Shown: piece after piece, positions 19,989 to 28,575 of the stretch
Layout of the letters: each line of letters begins with the position of its first letter
Numbering within the stretch: the stretch's first letter is position 1
DNA from: Synechococcales cyanobacterium PMM_0085
GTDB lineage: Bacteria > Cyanobacteriota > Cyanobacteriia > Elainellales > Elainellaceae
Assembly: GCA_949127705.1 (NCBI GenBank)
Contig: CASBQJ010000587.1
Span: forward strand, 1 to 35,564
Direction of reading: 5' to 3'
DNA: 35,564 nucleotides
Notes under the pieces: model-generated
Told to the model about the DNA's origin: nothing
Seen by the model: only the letters and a program-made list of their open reading frames with translations
The model's database searches: none
Made by a program: the position numbers and the translations under genes

Positions 19989-20057
19989 CCGTCCCTAGCC
20001 CTGCACGCTGAATTTACCGGCCGCCTCTGAACAAACGACCCAAAAATCTAACGTCTG

Positions 20058-20096
20058 TGCTGATGTTTCAAGCGCTTGATACTTAAAACATCAGCA
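20058..20096 (+). terminator. hairpin downstream of the SDR gene
   Basis: TGCTGATGTTT - 17 nt - AAACATCAGCA gives an 11-bp stem, followed by TTTAG. The T-run is weak. Confidence 0.4.
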
Positions 20097-20100
20097 TTTA

Positions 20101-20122
20101 GCGCAATCAGCGTGCAATCAGC
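20101..20122. repeat. 11-bp tandem duplication (GCGCAATCAGC / GTGCAATCAGC)
   Basis: Read directly; intergenic. Confidence 0.75.
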
Positions 20123-20231
20123 TGCTCTGTAATCGGCAATTTTACGGTGTTCGACTAGAGTGCCGCTAGGTTAAGTTAGAAACGTGGAATCGTAAGTTAT
20201 GTTAAAACCTCCCACGCCACAGGGGAATAAG

Positions 20232-20459
20232 CTAAACGGCCGCCAGTTGGCTTCCATCTACCGACTCACCGTTTAAGTGCAACTGTTCATTTTCATACGC
20301 GTCTCGGTAGTGAGCTAACATACGCAGCGCTTCTTTTTCGCTGGCGAACCGTAGCTTAATTTTGTAAAGAAACGGTAGATCTTGGGTAGGGGTAACTGGA
20401 ACAGGTTCCCAGATCTTGAGCAACCAGTCGCTGCCGATATTAACAATTTTGTATTTCAT
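20232..20459 (-). CDS. hypothetical small protein (75 aa)
   Basis: ATG-initiated ORF MKYKIVNIGSDWLLKIWEPVPV... I recognise no motif. It lies downstream of hemB, behind a ~290-bp AT-rich spacer. Confidence 0.45.
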   Translation of the reverse strand: MKYKIVNIGSDWLLKIWEPVPVTPTQDLPFLYKIKLRFASEKEALRMLAHYRDAYENEQLHLNGESVDGSQLAAV

Positions 20460-20749
20460 CAGATTCAGCCAAATAAATTCAATCAGGGACAGGCTTTCAA
20501 AAAATTTGGATCTACAAATTCACAGGTCTTCTAGCAAAACCTTCAGCTAAAAGCGAGATCAGTTTTTTAAAGGTGCACCACTAACCAGCGAGAGAGAACC
20601 TGAAATCAACAATCGATTACCGAGGTATTTTCTCAGTAAACAATAATGATATTCATACAAGTTCTCTACAGCTCTATCCGGAAAACCAGATCACTCAATG
20701 GCGGGACATGTCTGGAAACCCAAATACTGTAAACCTAAATAATTTAGGC

Positions 20750-21742
20750 TTACAGCTTTGCCAATGCTAGCCATCTTGCCGCGTCCTTGGCATGGTAGGT
20801 CAAGATCAGATCTGAGCCAGCCCGTTTAAAGCTGGTCAGGGTCTCTAGTACGACTCTTTCTTCGTCAATCCAACCATTCAAAGCAGCTGCCTTGATCATA
20901 GCGTATTCGCCCGAGACGTTATAGGCCGCCAGAGGTAGATTGGTGGCCTGCTTCACTCGCCAGATAATGTCCATGTAAGACAGGGCGGGTTTTACCATCA
21001 GCATGTCTGCACCCTCGGCAATGTCGAGTTCAACCTCTTTGAGGGCTTCACGGCCATTGCCGGGATCCATTTGGTAGGTGCGGCGATCGCCAAACTGGGG
21101 AGTCGATTCGGCGGCATCTCGGAACGGGCCGTAGTAGGCGGAGGCATACTTGGCAGCGTAGGACATGATTGGCATATCCTCAAAGCCACCTTGATCTAAA
21201 CCCTGACGAATGGCCTGCACAAACCCATCCATCATCCCTGACGGGGCAATGATGTCGGCTCCCGCATTGGCCTGAGCCACAGCCGTCTTTTTCAGTAGTT
21301 CTAGCGTCGGGTCATTCAGCACGCGCCCCGATAGATCACCCACTTCTAAGTAGCCGCAGTGGCCATGGGCGGTATATTCACACAGGCAGGTATCGACAAT
21401 AACCAGCAGATCGGGGACGGCGGCTTTGACAGCGGCGGTGGCCAGCTGGACAATGCCGTGATCATGCCATGCGCCAGTGGCAGCGTCATCTTTATCAGAC
21501 GGAATGCCAAACAAAATAATGGCCGGAATGCCGAGGTCGTAAACTTCCTTGGCCTCTTCGACAATTTTGTCTACCGAAAGCTGATACACCCCCGGCATTG
21601 AACGCACCTCTTTGGCAATGCCCTGACCGGGCACCGCAAACAGCGGGTAGATCAGATCGCTGACGGTCAGGATGTTCTCGCGCACCATGCGGCGCAACTG
21701 AGGATGACTGCGGAGCCGACGGGGACGGTGGTTAGGAAACAT
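20750..21742 (-). CDS. hemB: porphobilinogen synthase (delta-aminolevulinic acid dehydratase)
   Basis: 330 aa. It contains RPRRLR, the Cys-rich metal site [15 protein letters not shown], the active-site MVKPAL, and [10 protein letters not shown] hairpin (20729-20753) overlaps the stop codon. Confidence 0.97.
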   Translation of the reverse strand: MFPNHRPRRLRSHPQLRRMVRENILTVSDLIYPLFAVPGQGIAKEVRSMPGVYQLSVDKIVEEAKEVYDLGIPAIILFGIPSDKDDAATGAWHDHGIVQLATAAVKAAVPDLLVIVDTCLCEYTAHGHCGYLEVGDLSGRVLNDPTLELLKKTAVAQANAGADIIAPSGMMDGFVQAIRQGLDQGGFEDMPIMSYAAKYASAYYGPFRDAAESTPQFGDRRTYQMDPGNGREALKEVELDIAEGADMLMVKPALSYMDIIWRVKQATNLPLAAYNVSGEYAMIKAAALNGWIDEERVVLETLTSFKRAGSDLILTYHAKDAARWLALAKL

Positions 21743-21828
21743 ACTGATGAAGGGATTGACGATCGCTGTATTAGAAAAGTCTAAGGCTTTCGCTAGGCTG
21801 TGGATGCATCAATGACATTACGTTCTGT

Positions 21829-21850
21829 AAAATCTGGGCAAAATCTGGGC
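21829..21850. repeat. 11-bp tandem duplication (AAAATCTGGGC x2)
   Basis: Read directly. It lies between the WD40 gene stop (21856) and the hemB start (21742). Confidence 0.85.
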
Positions 21851-21855
21851 GATCG

Positions 21856-23346
21856 CTAACGTCGGCACCAAACTTTGACAGTTTGATCGGCACTACCGCT
21901 GACCAGCGTCTGCCCGTCTTGACTATAGGCCAAGGCATGAATCGCCTCAGTATGGCCAGTCAGATGACTTAACGCCTGCCCACTCGCCCAATGCCATAGA
22001 GTTACGCTGCCCTCGGGACTGCCAGTGGCTAGAGCATGGCCGCTGGGGCTGAAGGCGATCGCGATCGCACGATCGGTAGATCCACCCACCCTAGACCCAA
22101 CCGTATTCAGCAGGGTAAACGTTTGCAGATCCCAGAGCTTGACCGTCTGATCGGGGCAACCTAAAGCTAGCAGGCGGCCATTGGGACTGAAGGCGATCGC
22201 TCTGGCAGCTTCGGCAAGCGTGTGGGAGATGTGGCCTGAACCTAGATGCCATAGAGCTACGGAGGCGTTGTCGCTGCTGACGGCCAGTTGGCGACCGTCG
22301 GGGCGCAGGGCGATCGCTGAAACGGGGTGTTGCTGAGAGACCAGTGTGCGGATTAGCTTGCCGCTACTCGGTTGCCAGAGTTTGACCGTGCCGTCTTGGC
22401 TAGCGCTCAGCAGGGTTTGTCGATCGGGGCTAAATGCGAGGGAGTGGACAGCCCCGGAGTGGCCAGTCAGCGTTTTAAGCAAGGTGCCTGTGCGCAAATA
22501 CCACAGTTTGATGGTGCAGTCGGCGCTGCCACTGGCCAGCAGTTGACCGTCAGGGCTGAGGGCGATCGCCAGCACGGGAGCCGTGTGATCTGAAAGTCGC
22601 CCCAACAGCTTCCCGGCTCGCAAATTCCACAGGGCGATCGTATGGTCCCCACTGCCACTGACCAGCAGCTTGCCATCGCGGCTGATGGCGACAGAGCTAA
22701 CCGGACTAGTGTGCTCGGCCAGCGTATAGCGGCAGACCCAGTGCTCGGGGGCAAAGGGAACGGGCGATTCGGCGGCGGGTGCTGGGCTGGCTGGGCGGCT
22801 AGATCTGCCGCTAGCCGAGGGCTTTTGCCGCCTCAACCCTAGCTCCTCAGCCCGCTTTAGGTCGGCAGCGGCTCCCAGTTCTAGCCCCATCAGCGAATAA
22901 ACAAAGCCTCGGTAGCGATAGGCTTCTGCGTAGGTGGGACTGAGTTTGATGGCGCTGCTAAAATTTTCGATCGCCTCATGATAGCGGCCACCCTTGACAT
23001 GTTCGGCTCCAGCGTTGTAGAACGCCTCTACTGCCGATGCTCCAGATGGGTAAATTTTGGTAGACGGTGCAGATCTGGCGGGCGAGTGCTCGGGCTTCGC
23101 AGCCTCTGGGGTTGCTCCCGATGCTGGCGAGGTCAGCAGATCTGGTTGATGAGATTTGAGGGATTGGTATGCCCGATTAATCTGCTTGATTTCTTCCTCA
23201 GCGCGCAGCTTTTGCTGAGGGTCAGAAAACCGATCAGGATGCCACCGCTTGGCTAATTTTCGATAGGCTTGCTTCACTTCGGCGGGTAACGCACCCACTT
23301 TTAGACCCAAAATCTCGTAACACCGATTCAGTTCAGGCATTTCCAC
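21856..23346 (-). CDS. J-domain (DnaJ) - TPR - WD40 repeat protein
   Basis: 496 aa with a GTG start. The J domain reads YEILGLK....EVKQAYRKLAKRWHPDRF (HPD present). A TPR-like segment follows (AEAYRYRGFVY), then a P/S-rich linker, then ~7 WD repeats (GHS..V..LAFSPDG..L.S.S.D.T.KLW). Confidence 0.9.
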   Translation of the reverse strand: MEMPELNRCYEILGLKVGALPAEVKQAYRKLAKRWHPDRFSDPQQKLRAEEEIKQINRAYQSLKSHQPDLLTSPASGATPEAAKPEHSPARSAPSTKIYPSGASAVEAFYNAGAEHVKGGRYHEAIENFSSAIKLSPTYAEAYRYRGFVYSLMGLELGAAADLKRAEELGLRRQKPSASGRSSRPASPAPAAESPVPFAPEHWVCRYTLAEHTSPVSSVAISRDGKLLVSGSGDHTIALWNLRAGKLLGRLSDHTAPVLAIALSPDGQLLASGSADCTIKLWYLRTGTLLKTLTGHSGAVHSLAFSPDRQTLLSASQDGTVKLWQPSSGKLIRTLVSQQHPVSAIALRPDGRQLAVSSDNASVALWHLGSGHISHTLAEAARAIAFSPNGRLLALGCPDQTVKLWDLQTFTLLNTVGSRVGGSTDRAIAIAFSPSGHALATGSPEGSVTLWHWASGQALSHLTGHTEAIHALAYSQDGQTLVSGSADQTVKVWCRR

Positions 23347-23368
23347 AGGATTGGATGGTCTGCCGTCT

Positions 23369-23400
23369 GTTAACGCAGCAATGTGTTAACGCAGCAATGC
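23369..23400. repeat. 16-bp tandem duplication (GTTAACGCAGCAATGT / GTTAACGCAGCAATGC)
   Basis: Read directly. It lies in the spacer upstream of the J-TPR-WD40 start (23346). Confidence 0.85.
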
Positions 23401-23459
23401 TTTGCAGGAGTATTCCCCTATGGTACGTAGAACTAGCAGAGCCGTGGAACAGCGGTAGC

Positions 23460-23900
23460 TCAATCAAACAAATCTAGCGGTAAGTGGCCGTAAATCTCGT
23501 TCAGACCGTCCGCATCGGCAGACTGGCAGGAGACTAAGACCCCTCGGCGATCGCCTGCATAGTGATCGCCGTAGCACAGCCCCGACTTGGGATTGAATTT
23601 GAGATAAACCTCGCCAGCAACGGGGCTGAAGTTTAGCTCGGGCAAGTAGCCCAGCGCCTTGGCATAGCGTTCTAGCGCGTCACGGCCTTGGGCAAACGAG
23701 TCGGCACAGACCCCAACCATTTGATAATCCGAATGGTGAGCCACTGTTAACAGCGCCTGACGAGTCTGGAGCCGATTAGCTTGGGGATCAGCAGCACCAG
23801 CCTGGTCAACCGTGCCAACAGCAGGGGTGATGCAGTCAAACTGCTTCAGCAATTGGTGAGCCTCTGCAAGCGTAAGAGCCGGAGCATCAGAAGTAGGCAT
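23460..23900 (-). CDS. conserved hypothetical protein (possibly DUF1824 family)
   Basis: The track ORF 23460..23933 starts at TTG; the ATG at 23900 gives MPTSDAPALTLAEAHQLLKQF.... The C-terminus reads GVLVSCQSADADGLNEIYGHLPLDLFD. The family name is from memory only. Confidence 0.65.
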   Translation of the reverse strand: MPTSDAPALTLAEAHQLLKQFDCITPAVGTVDQAGAADPQANRLQTRQALLTVAHHSDYQMVGVCADSFAQGRDALERYAKALGYLPELNFSPVAGEVYLKFNPKSGLCYGDHYAGDRRGVLVSCQSADADGLNEIYGHLPLDLFD

Positions 23901-24021
23901 GGGTGAAGCCCTAAAAAATGAGCAGTAGCTCAAGGTGTAAGATAAAAATTTGAGAGAGAATTTAACGCACGAGCGGCCAATCTAGGGCACCGTGATCGGG
24001 TTGTCACAGCTGCGATCGCCG

Positions 24022-24327
24022 CTATTTTTCTAGCCGAACGGCATACCACTGCAAAAATTGTCCAGGCCCTAGATCGAGTTCACAGGAGGTGTCTAGTAAG
24101 TGCTTAGCCTGCGCTTCAATGTCAGAAAACTTTTGCAGTTCCCGAGGCAGGTTGTCTTGTAGACCCGTCAATACATCTTTGAGCTTTGTCAATAGTTCAG
24201 GAGCTGTGAGAAACTCTTCGGCCTGGTTGGAATCCAGAACCACAAAAGCATCCTCGCGATACATCAGGGGATCAGGCATGGAAGCTGGAGCCATAAAGGA
24301 CTGAAAAATCCGGAGTTCAAGCGGCAT
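24022..24327 (-). CDS. CRR7 (chlororespiratory reduction 7)-like / DUF3571-type small protein
   Basis: 101 aa; the likely true start is the ATG at 24279 (MPDPLMYREDAFVVL...). The C-terminus DTSCELDLGPGQFLQWYAVRLEK matches my memory of cyanobacterial CRR7 homologs, so the family name is uncertain. Confidence 0.6.
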   Translation of the reverse strand: MPLELRIFQSFMAPASMPDPLMYREDAFVVLDSNQAEEFLTAPELLTKLKDVLTGLQDNLPRELQKFSDIEAQAKHLLDTSCELDLGPGQFLQWYAVRLEK

Positions 24328-24349
24328 CGCCTGAACTCACTCACGATTT

Positions 24350-24397
24350 GGACACCGCTGGGACACCGCTGGGACATCGCTGGGACATCGCTGGGAC
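24350..24397. repeat. 11-bp tandem repeat x4.4 (GGACACCGCTG x2, GGACATCGCTG x2, GGAC)
   Basis: Read directly. It lies between the pdhA stop (24413) and the CRR7-like start (24327), on the same strand. Confidence 0.9.
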
Positions 24398-24412
24398 TGC
24401 TTGGCAGCGTCG

Positions 24413-25444
24413 CTACTCGTCTTCTGCAAACACATAGCGATAGAGATCTTTGGGATCCGGTTCGGGGCTATCTAGGGCAAACTGCACAGCGTCTTCAATT
24501 AGGGCTTGAATGCGCTTGTCAATGGCTTTTAGCTCGTCCGACGTGGCTAGGCTCTGCTCAATCATGTGAGCCGCCAGCCGCTTAATTGGATCGCGGGCAA
24601 ACCAGAACTCTTTTTCCGGCTTAGAGCGCATTTCATCTGGATCGGCTAGGGAGTGCCCCCGAAACCGATAGGTCAGCGCTTCGATTAAGGTCGGCCCTTC
24701 TCCAGCACGAGCACGGGCGATCGCCTCTTGAGCCACAGCCCGCACCGCCAGCACATCCATCCCATCAACTTCAACGCCCACCATGCCAAAGACACTGGCT
24801 TTCTTGTAGATTTCCTGCTGAGAGGTAGCGCGATCGTGCGCCATTCCGATCGCCCATTTGTTATTTTCGACCACGTAGAGAATCGGCAATTTCCACAGCG
24901 ATGCCATGTTGAGGCATTCAAAGAACTGGCCGTTATTGCTGGCTCCATCGCCAAAGAAACAGGCCGTTACATGGTCAGACGACGCATCACCGAGCGCCTC
25001 TCGGCGATATTTTGACTGAAATGCGGCTCCAGTTGCCACCGGGATACCCTCGGCCACAAAGGCATAGCCGCCCAGCATATTGTGCTCTGCCGAAAACAGG
25101 TGCATAGAGCCGCCCCGCCCCTTGCTGCATCCTGTTACCTTGCCAAACAGCTCTGCCATCACCTGACGGGCAGGCACCCCAGCGCTCAGAGCATGAACGT
25201 GATCCCGATACGTGCTACACACGTAGTCGGTTGGGCGAAAGGATTTAATTACCCCGCTCGAAACCGCTTCTTGCCCATTGTAAAGATGGACAAAGCCAAA
25301 CATCTTGCCCCGATAGTACATTTCGGCGCATTTGTCTTCAAACGATCGCCCCAGCACCATATCTTCGTAGAGCACCAGACCCTCGTCGCGGGTGATGCTG
25401 GTTGGAGTTGTGGAAAATGTCGGTAATACTCGTTCCTGAACCAT
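24413..25444 (-). CDS. pdhA: pyruvate dehydrogenase E1 component, alpha subunit
   Basis: 343 aa. It contains [15 protein letters not shown], and the TPP-binding [14 protein letters not shown]...NNKWAIGM. Confidence 0.95.
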   Translation of the reverse strand: MVQERVLPTFSTTPTSITRDEGLVLYEDMVLGRSFEDKCAEMYYRGKMFGFVHLYNGQEAVSSGVIKSFRPTDYVCSTYRDHVHALSAGVPARQVMAELFGKVTGCSKGRGGSMHLFSAEHNMLGGYAFVAEGIPVATGAAFQSKYRREALGDASSDHVTACFFGDGASNNGQFFECLNMASLWKLPILYVVENNKWAIGMAHDRATSQQEIYKKASVFGMVGVEVDGMDVLAVRAVAQEAIARARAGEGPTLIEALTYRFRGHSLADPDEMRSKPEKEFWFARDPIKRLAAHMIEQSLATSDELKAIDKRIQALIEDAVQFALDSPEPDPKDLYRYVFAEDE

Positions 25445-25742
25445 GACCTGTCCTGTGTGTTACAGCAACTCAGCGCCCTAGCACTGCTTCAAATGTCTGC
25501 ACTGCCTCAGATGTCCTCTGATGCGTCTGCCCGACAATCCCAAGATAATCGATTAATTAAGCTGATTTAAGTGTTCTAAGGGCTAACTAGAGAAAATAAA
25601 ATATTTCAACGCGTATCAAAGCTATCTTAAAGTGCCTAGGTATTTTTTGTAGAAATGATGCCAAAGAGTCAGAGGCGACTATATTTATAGTTTAAATCAC
25701 TTAGATTGTGGCTTGTAGGGTAAACGCAGGGCGAAGTATATA

Positions 25743-25777
25743 GAGTGGACAAGGCGCAATCGAGTGGACAAGGCGCA
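25743..25777. repeat. 16-mer GAGTGGACAAGGCGCA repeated directly with 19-bp period
   Basis: Read directly. It sits in the AT-rich divergent spacer between pdhA and zipN. A second pair, GCAAACTGAA x2 (14-bp period), is at 25810-25833. Confidence 0.8.
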
Positions 25778-25936
25778 GTAGTTAAATTGTAAGAACGACA
25801 GGCCAGGGTGCAAACTGAAGATAGCAAACTGAAAATCTAACAGTACAACGCTTGAAATAGCATAGATAAACAGGTACCGTTGTCTAGCGAACGGCTAAGG
25901 TTTTGATATTTATTTTTGACACTGGGGAAGTGGACC

Positions 25937-28489
25937 GTGAGAATTCCGCTTGACTACTACCGCATTTTAGGGTTGCCCATTCAGGCGACAGCTGAGCAGC
26001 TGCAGCAAGCTCATCGTGATCGCACGCTGCAACTTCCCCGTCGCGAATTTTCTGAGGCGGCGATCGCAGCCCGCAAGCAGCTGCTAGATGAAGCCTATGC
26101 AGCGCTCTCCAATGCAGACAAGCGCCGCGCTTACGATGCCAGCTTTTTGACCAAGGTCTACGATACCGATGCCGATCGCTCAGAGACCAGCAGCAATGGT
26201 GGAGCGCTGGGGGCGATCCGGTCTGCTGCACAGACTAGCGCCACCGCCACCGATCCGACGCTCGATCCCTATGCGCCCAGCATTGAGATCCACGATGCTC
26301 AACTGGTGGGAGCCTTACTCATCCTATTAGAGCTGGGTGAATATGAGCTGGTGCTAAAGCTAGGGCATCCGTACCTGACGAATAGCGCCTTTAGCGGTGG
26401 AGCAGGGCGCTCGGGTCAAGTCGATGTGACCCGCTCCGATATTGTGTTGACGGTGGCATTTGCCTATCTGGAGTTGGGACGCGAGCAGTGGCTGCAAGGG
26501 CAGTACGAAACGGCGGCTGAGTCGCTGGAGGCAGGGCAAGAGCTGCTGCTGCGGGAAGGCGTATTTTCTAGTGTCCGGAGTGAAATTCAGTCTGATCTCT
26601 ACAAGCTCCGCCCCTACCGCGTCTTAGAACTGCTAGCGTTGCCAGAAATTCACGAAATTGAACGCGGGCAAGGCATTAATTTATTGCGCGATATGCTGCG
26701 AGATCGGGGCGGCATTGACGGCACCGGAGAGGATCACTCTGGGCTAAATGTGGACGATTTTCTCCGCTTTATTCAGCAGCTTAGAGGATATTTAACGGCT
26801 GCCGAGCAACATGCTCTGTTTGAGGTAGAAGCGCGCCGCCCGTCTGCGGTGGCTACCTATCTAGCGGTTTATGCCTTGTTGGCGCGCGGGTTTGCCTACC
26901 GTCAGCCTGCGTTGATCCGTCGAGCCAAGCTGATGTTGTCGCGCTTGGGCACCCGGCAAGATGTCTACCTAGAGCAGGCAATCTGCGCCTTGCTGCTAGG
27001 CCAAACCGAAGAAGCCAGCCGCGCCCTAGATCAGAGCCAGGAATACGAATCTCTTACCTTTATTCGAGAACATTCTCAAGGCTCCCCTGACCTGTTACCG
27101 GGGCTGTGTCTCTATGGTGAGCGGTGGTTGCAAAATGAAGTATTCCCTCACTTTAGAGATTTGACTCAGCAGTACGCTTCGCTGAAAGATTATTTTGCGG
27201 ATGAGCAGGTGCAAGTTTATCTAGAAGAACTGCCGAATGAACCAGACCCCTCTACATCACCCCAGCGGGAGGCAGCAGCACCGTCTGGACTAACGGCTGG
27301 CTACTCTACAGCCGGCCGCAGTGAAGCGCTGAATGGGAGTCGGACTGGCCGCTATGACCAGCGCAGTGGGCAACCCAGTTTTGCCGCAAATGCAGCGACG
27401 GCTATTACCGAAACATCCAGTACTCGCTCCAACAGAGGAACGTCTGCGATGCCAACTGCCGAGCGCGTTTCACAGCTTTCCCCCGAAGGTCGGCTGAATG
27501 GAGCCGCCCCCGGATCGGGGCGATCGCGCTCTGCAGCTGCCAGTTCGTCGAACCCTTCACTGCGGCGCAATTCATCTGGCTCTTCACCTGGCTCTTCACC
27601 TGGCTCTTCACCTGGCCCTACATCCGCCTTCAGTTCGTCATCACGCGGTAGTGGTGGGCAGTCGATTAAGGGCGATCGCCTGATGTTCTTGATTGCCATG
27701 GCAGGGCTAGGGCTATTGTTGTTCTGGCTAGTATTCAACTGGCTCACAAAATCTGTGTTTGGCGGGCCTACTCTTAAAGGAGAGCAGTTGCAAGTCAGCT
27801 TAGCCCAATCGGCAGTCCCGATTCCCGATCCGACCGCATCGGTAGTGCCATCTCCCAATGCTCCTCTTAGCCCAGAAGTCGGCCAAACTCTGATTGAAAC
27901 CTGGCTGAAGGCAAAAGCGGCTGCGATGGGTAGAAGTCATGACAGCAGCCAGCTCAGCCAAATTCTGAGCGATCCCATTTTGGCTGAGCGGCTGGCTCTG
28001 GCCGAAGAAACAAGGCAGAATGAAATTGCGTATGACTATCGGCATGCGGTTCGAGAGGTTAGGCTGGTGCCCACCGCTGCCGGAACGACAGTGCCAAACG
28101 AGGCTCAAGTTGATGCATCGGTGACTGAATCGGTCAGTGTCTATGAGAATGGGTCGGCGAGTGCGCCCGATACTCAGCAGCTTTATTTGCGCTATTATCT
28201 GCTGCGGCAAAACGGGCAGTGGCGGATCAAAGATATCCAAGAAGTGTCTTCCACTGGCGCGACCTCCACTGGAGATCTTTCGTCCCCTGATGGGCTATCG
28301 GCTCCTGGCTCTAGCAGTGTTTCCCCCGGTAGTGTTTCCCCCGGTATAGCCCCTGGTACCGTGCCCGGTGCTGCTCCTGGAACTGCACCAGGCAGCATTC
28401 CAGATAACAATTCCGCTATTCCTGACGCCAGCGGTCAGCTGCCCACATCCTCAAACAGCACGTTTGGTGCTAACACAGCGCCTCCTTGA
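25937..28489 (+). CDS. zipN: cell division protein Ftn2/ZipN (ARC6 homolog) with a degenerate J-like domain
   Basis: The N-terminus is (M)RIPLDYYRILGLPIQATAEQLQQAHRDR... with no HPD. There is a central TM helix (LMFLIAMAGLGLLLFWLVF) and a C-terminal ARC6-type domain (TLIETWLKAKAAAMG...QWRIKD). The GTG at 25937 is preferred over the TTG at 25916. Confidence 0.85.
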   Translation: MRIPLDYYRILGLPIQATAEQLQQAHRDRTLQLPRREFSEAAIAARKQLLDEAYAALSNADKRRAYDASFLTKVYDTDADRSETSSNGGALGAIRSAAQTSATATDPTLDPYAPSIEIHDAQLVGALLILLELGEYELVLKLGHPYLTNSAFSGGAGRSGQVDVTRSDIVLTVAFAYLELGREQWLQGQYETAAESLEAGQELLLREGVFSSVRSEIQSDLYKLRPYRVLELLALPEIHEIERGQGINLLRDMLRDRGGIDGTGEDHSGLNVDDFLRFIQQLRGYLTAAEQHALFEVEARRPSAVATYLAVYALLARGFAYRQPALIRRAKLMLSRLGTRQDVYLEQAICALLLGQTEEASRALDQSQEYESLTFIREHSQGSPDLLPGLCLYGERWLQNEVFPHFRDLTQQYASLKDYFADEQVQVYLEELPNEPDPSTSPQREAAAPSGLTAGYSTAGRSEALNGSRTGRYDQRSGQPSFAANAATAITETSSTRSNRGTSAMPTAERVSQLSPEGRLNGAAPGSGRSRSAAASSSNPSLRRNSSGSSPGSSPGSSPGPTSAFSSSSRGSGGQSIKGDRLMFLIAMAGLGLLLFWLVFNWLTKSVFGGPTLKGEQLQVSLAQSAVPIPDPTASVVPSPNAPLSPEVGQTLIETWLKAKAAAMGRSHDSSQLSQILSDPILAERLALAEETRQNEIAYDYRHAVREVRLVPTAAGTTVPNEAQVDASVTESVSVYENGSASAPDTQQLYLRYYLLRQNGQWRIKDIQEVSSTGATSTGDLSSPDGLSAPGSSSVSPGSVSPGIAPGTVPGAAPGTAPGSIPDNNSAIPDASGQLPTSSNSTFGANTAPP

Positions 28490-28516
28490 TGTCGGCTAAG
28501 GCGTTTCTAACGTGCC

Positions 28517-28552
28517 CTAAGCTTTACTATTTAACTAAGCTTTACTATTCAA
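28517..28552. repeat. 18-bp tandem duplication (CTAAGCTTTACTATTTAA / CTAAGCTTTACTATTCAA)
   Basis: Read directly. It lies between the zipN stop (28489) and the probable transporter ATG (28576). Confidence 0.85.
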
Positions 28553-28575
28553 AAGACCTTACGAGCAACCTCGGC

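Noticed and set aside
20750-21742. hemB metal-site type (Cys-rich [14 protein letters not shown], i.e. Zn-type rather than the Asp-rich plant type) as an oddity
   Set aside because: I do not remember reliably which type is normal for cyanobacteria, so I cannot call it unusual.
18792-24397. Whether the tandem repeats could be miniature CRISPR arrays
   Set aside because: The units are 11-16 bp and directly abutting, with no spacers. No cas genes and no leader-like organisation are present.
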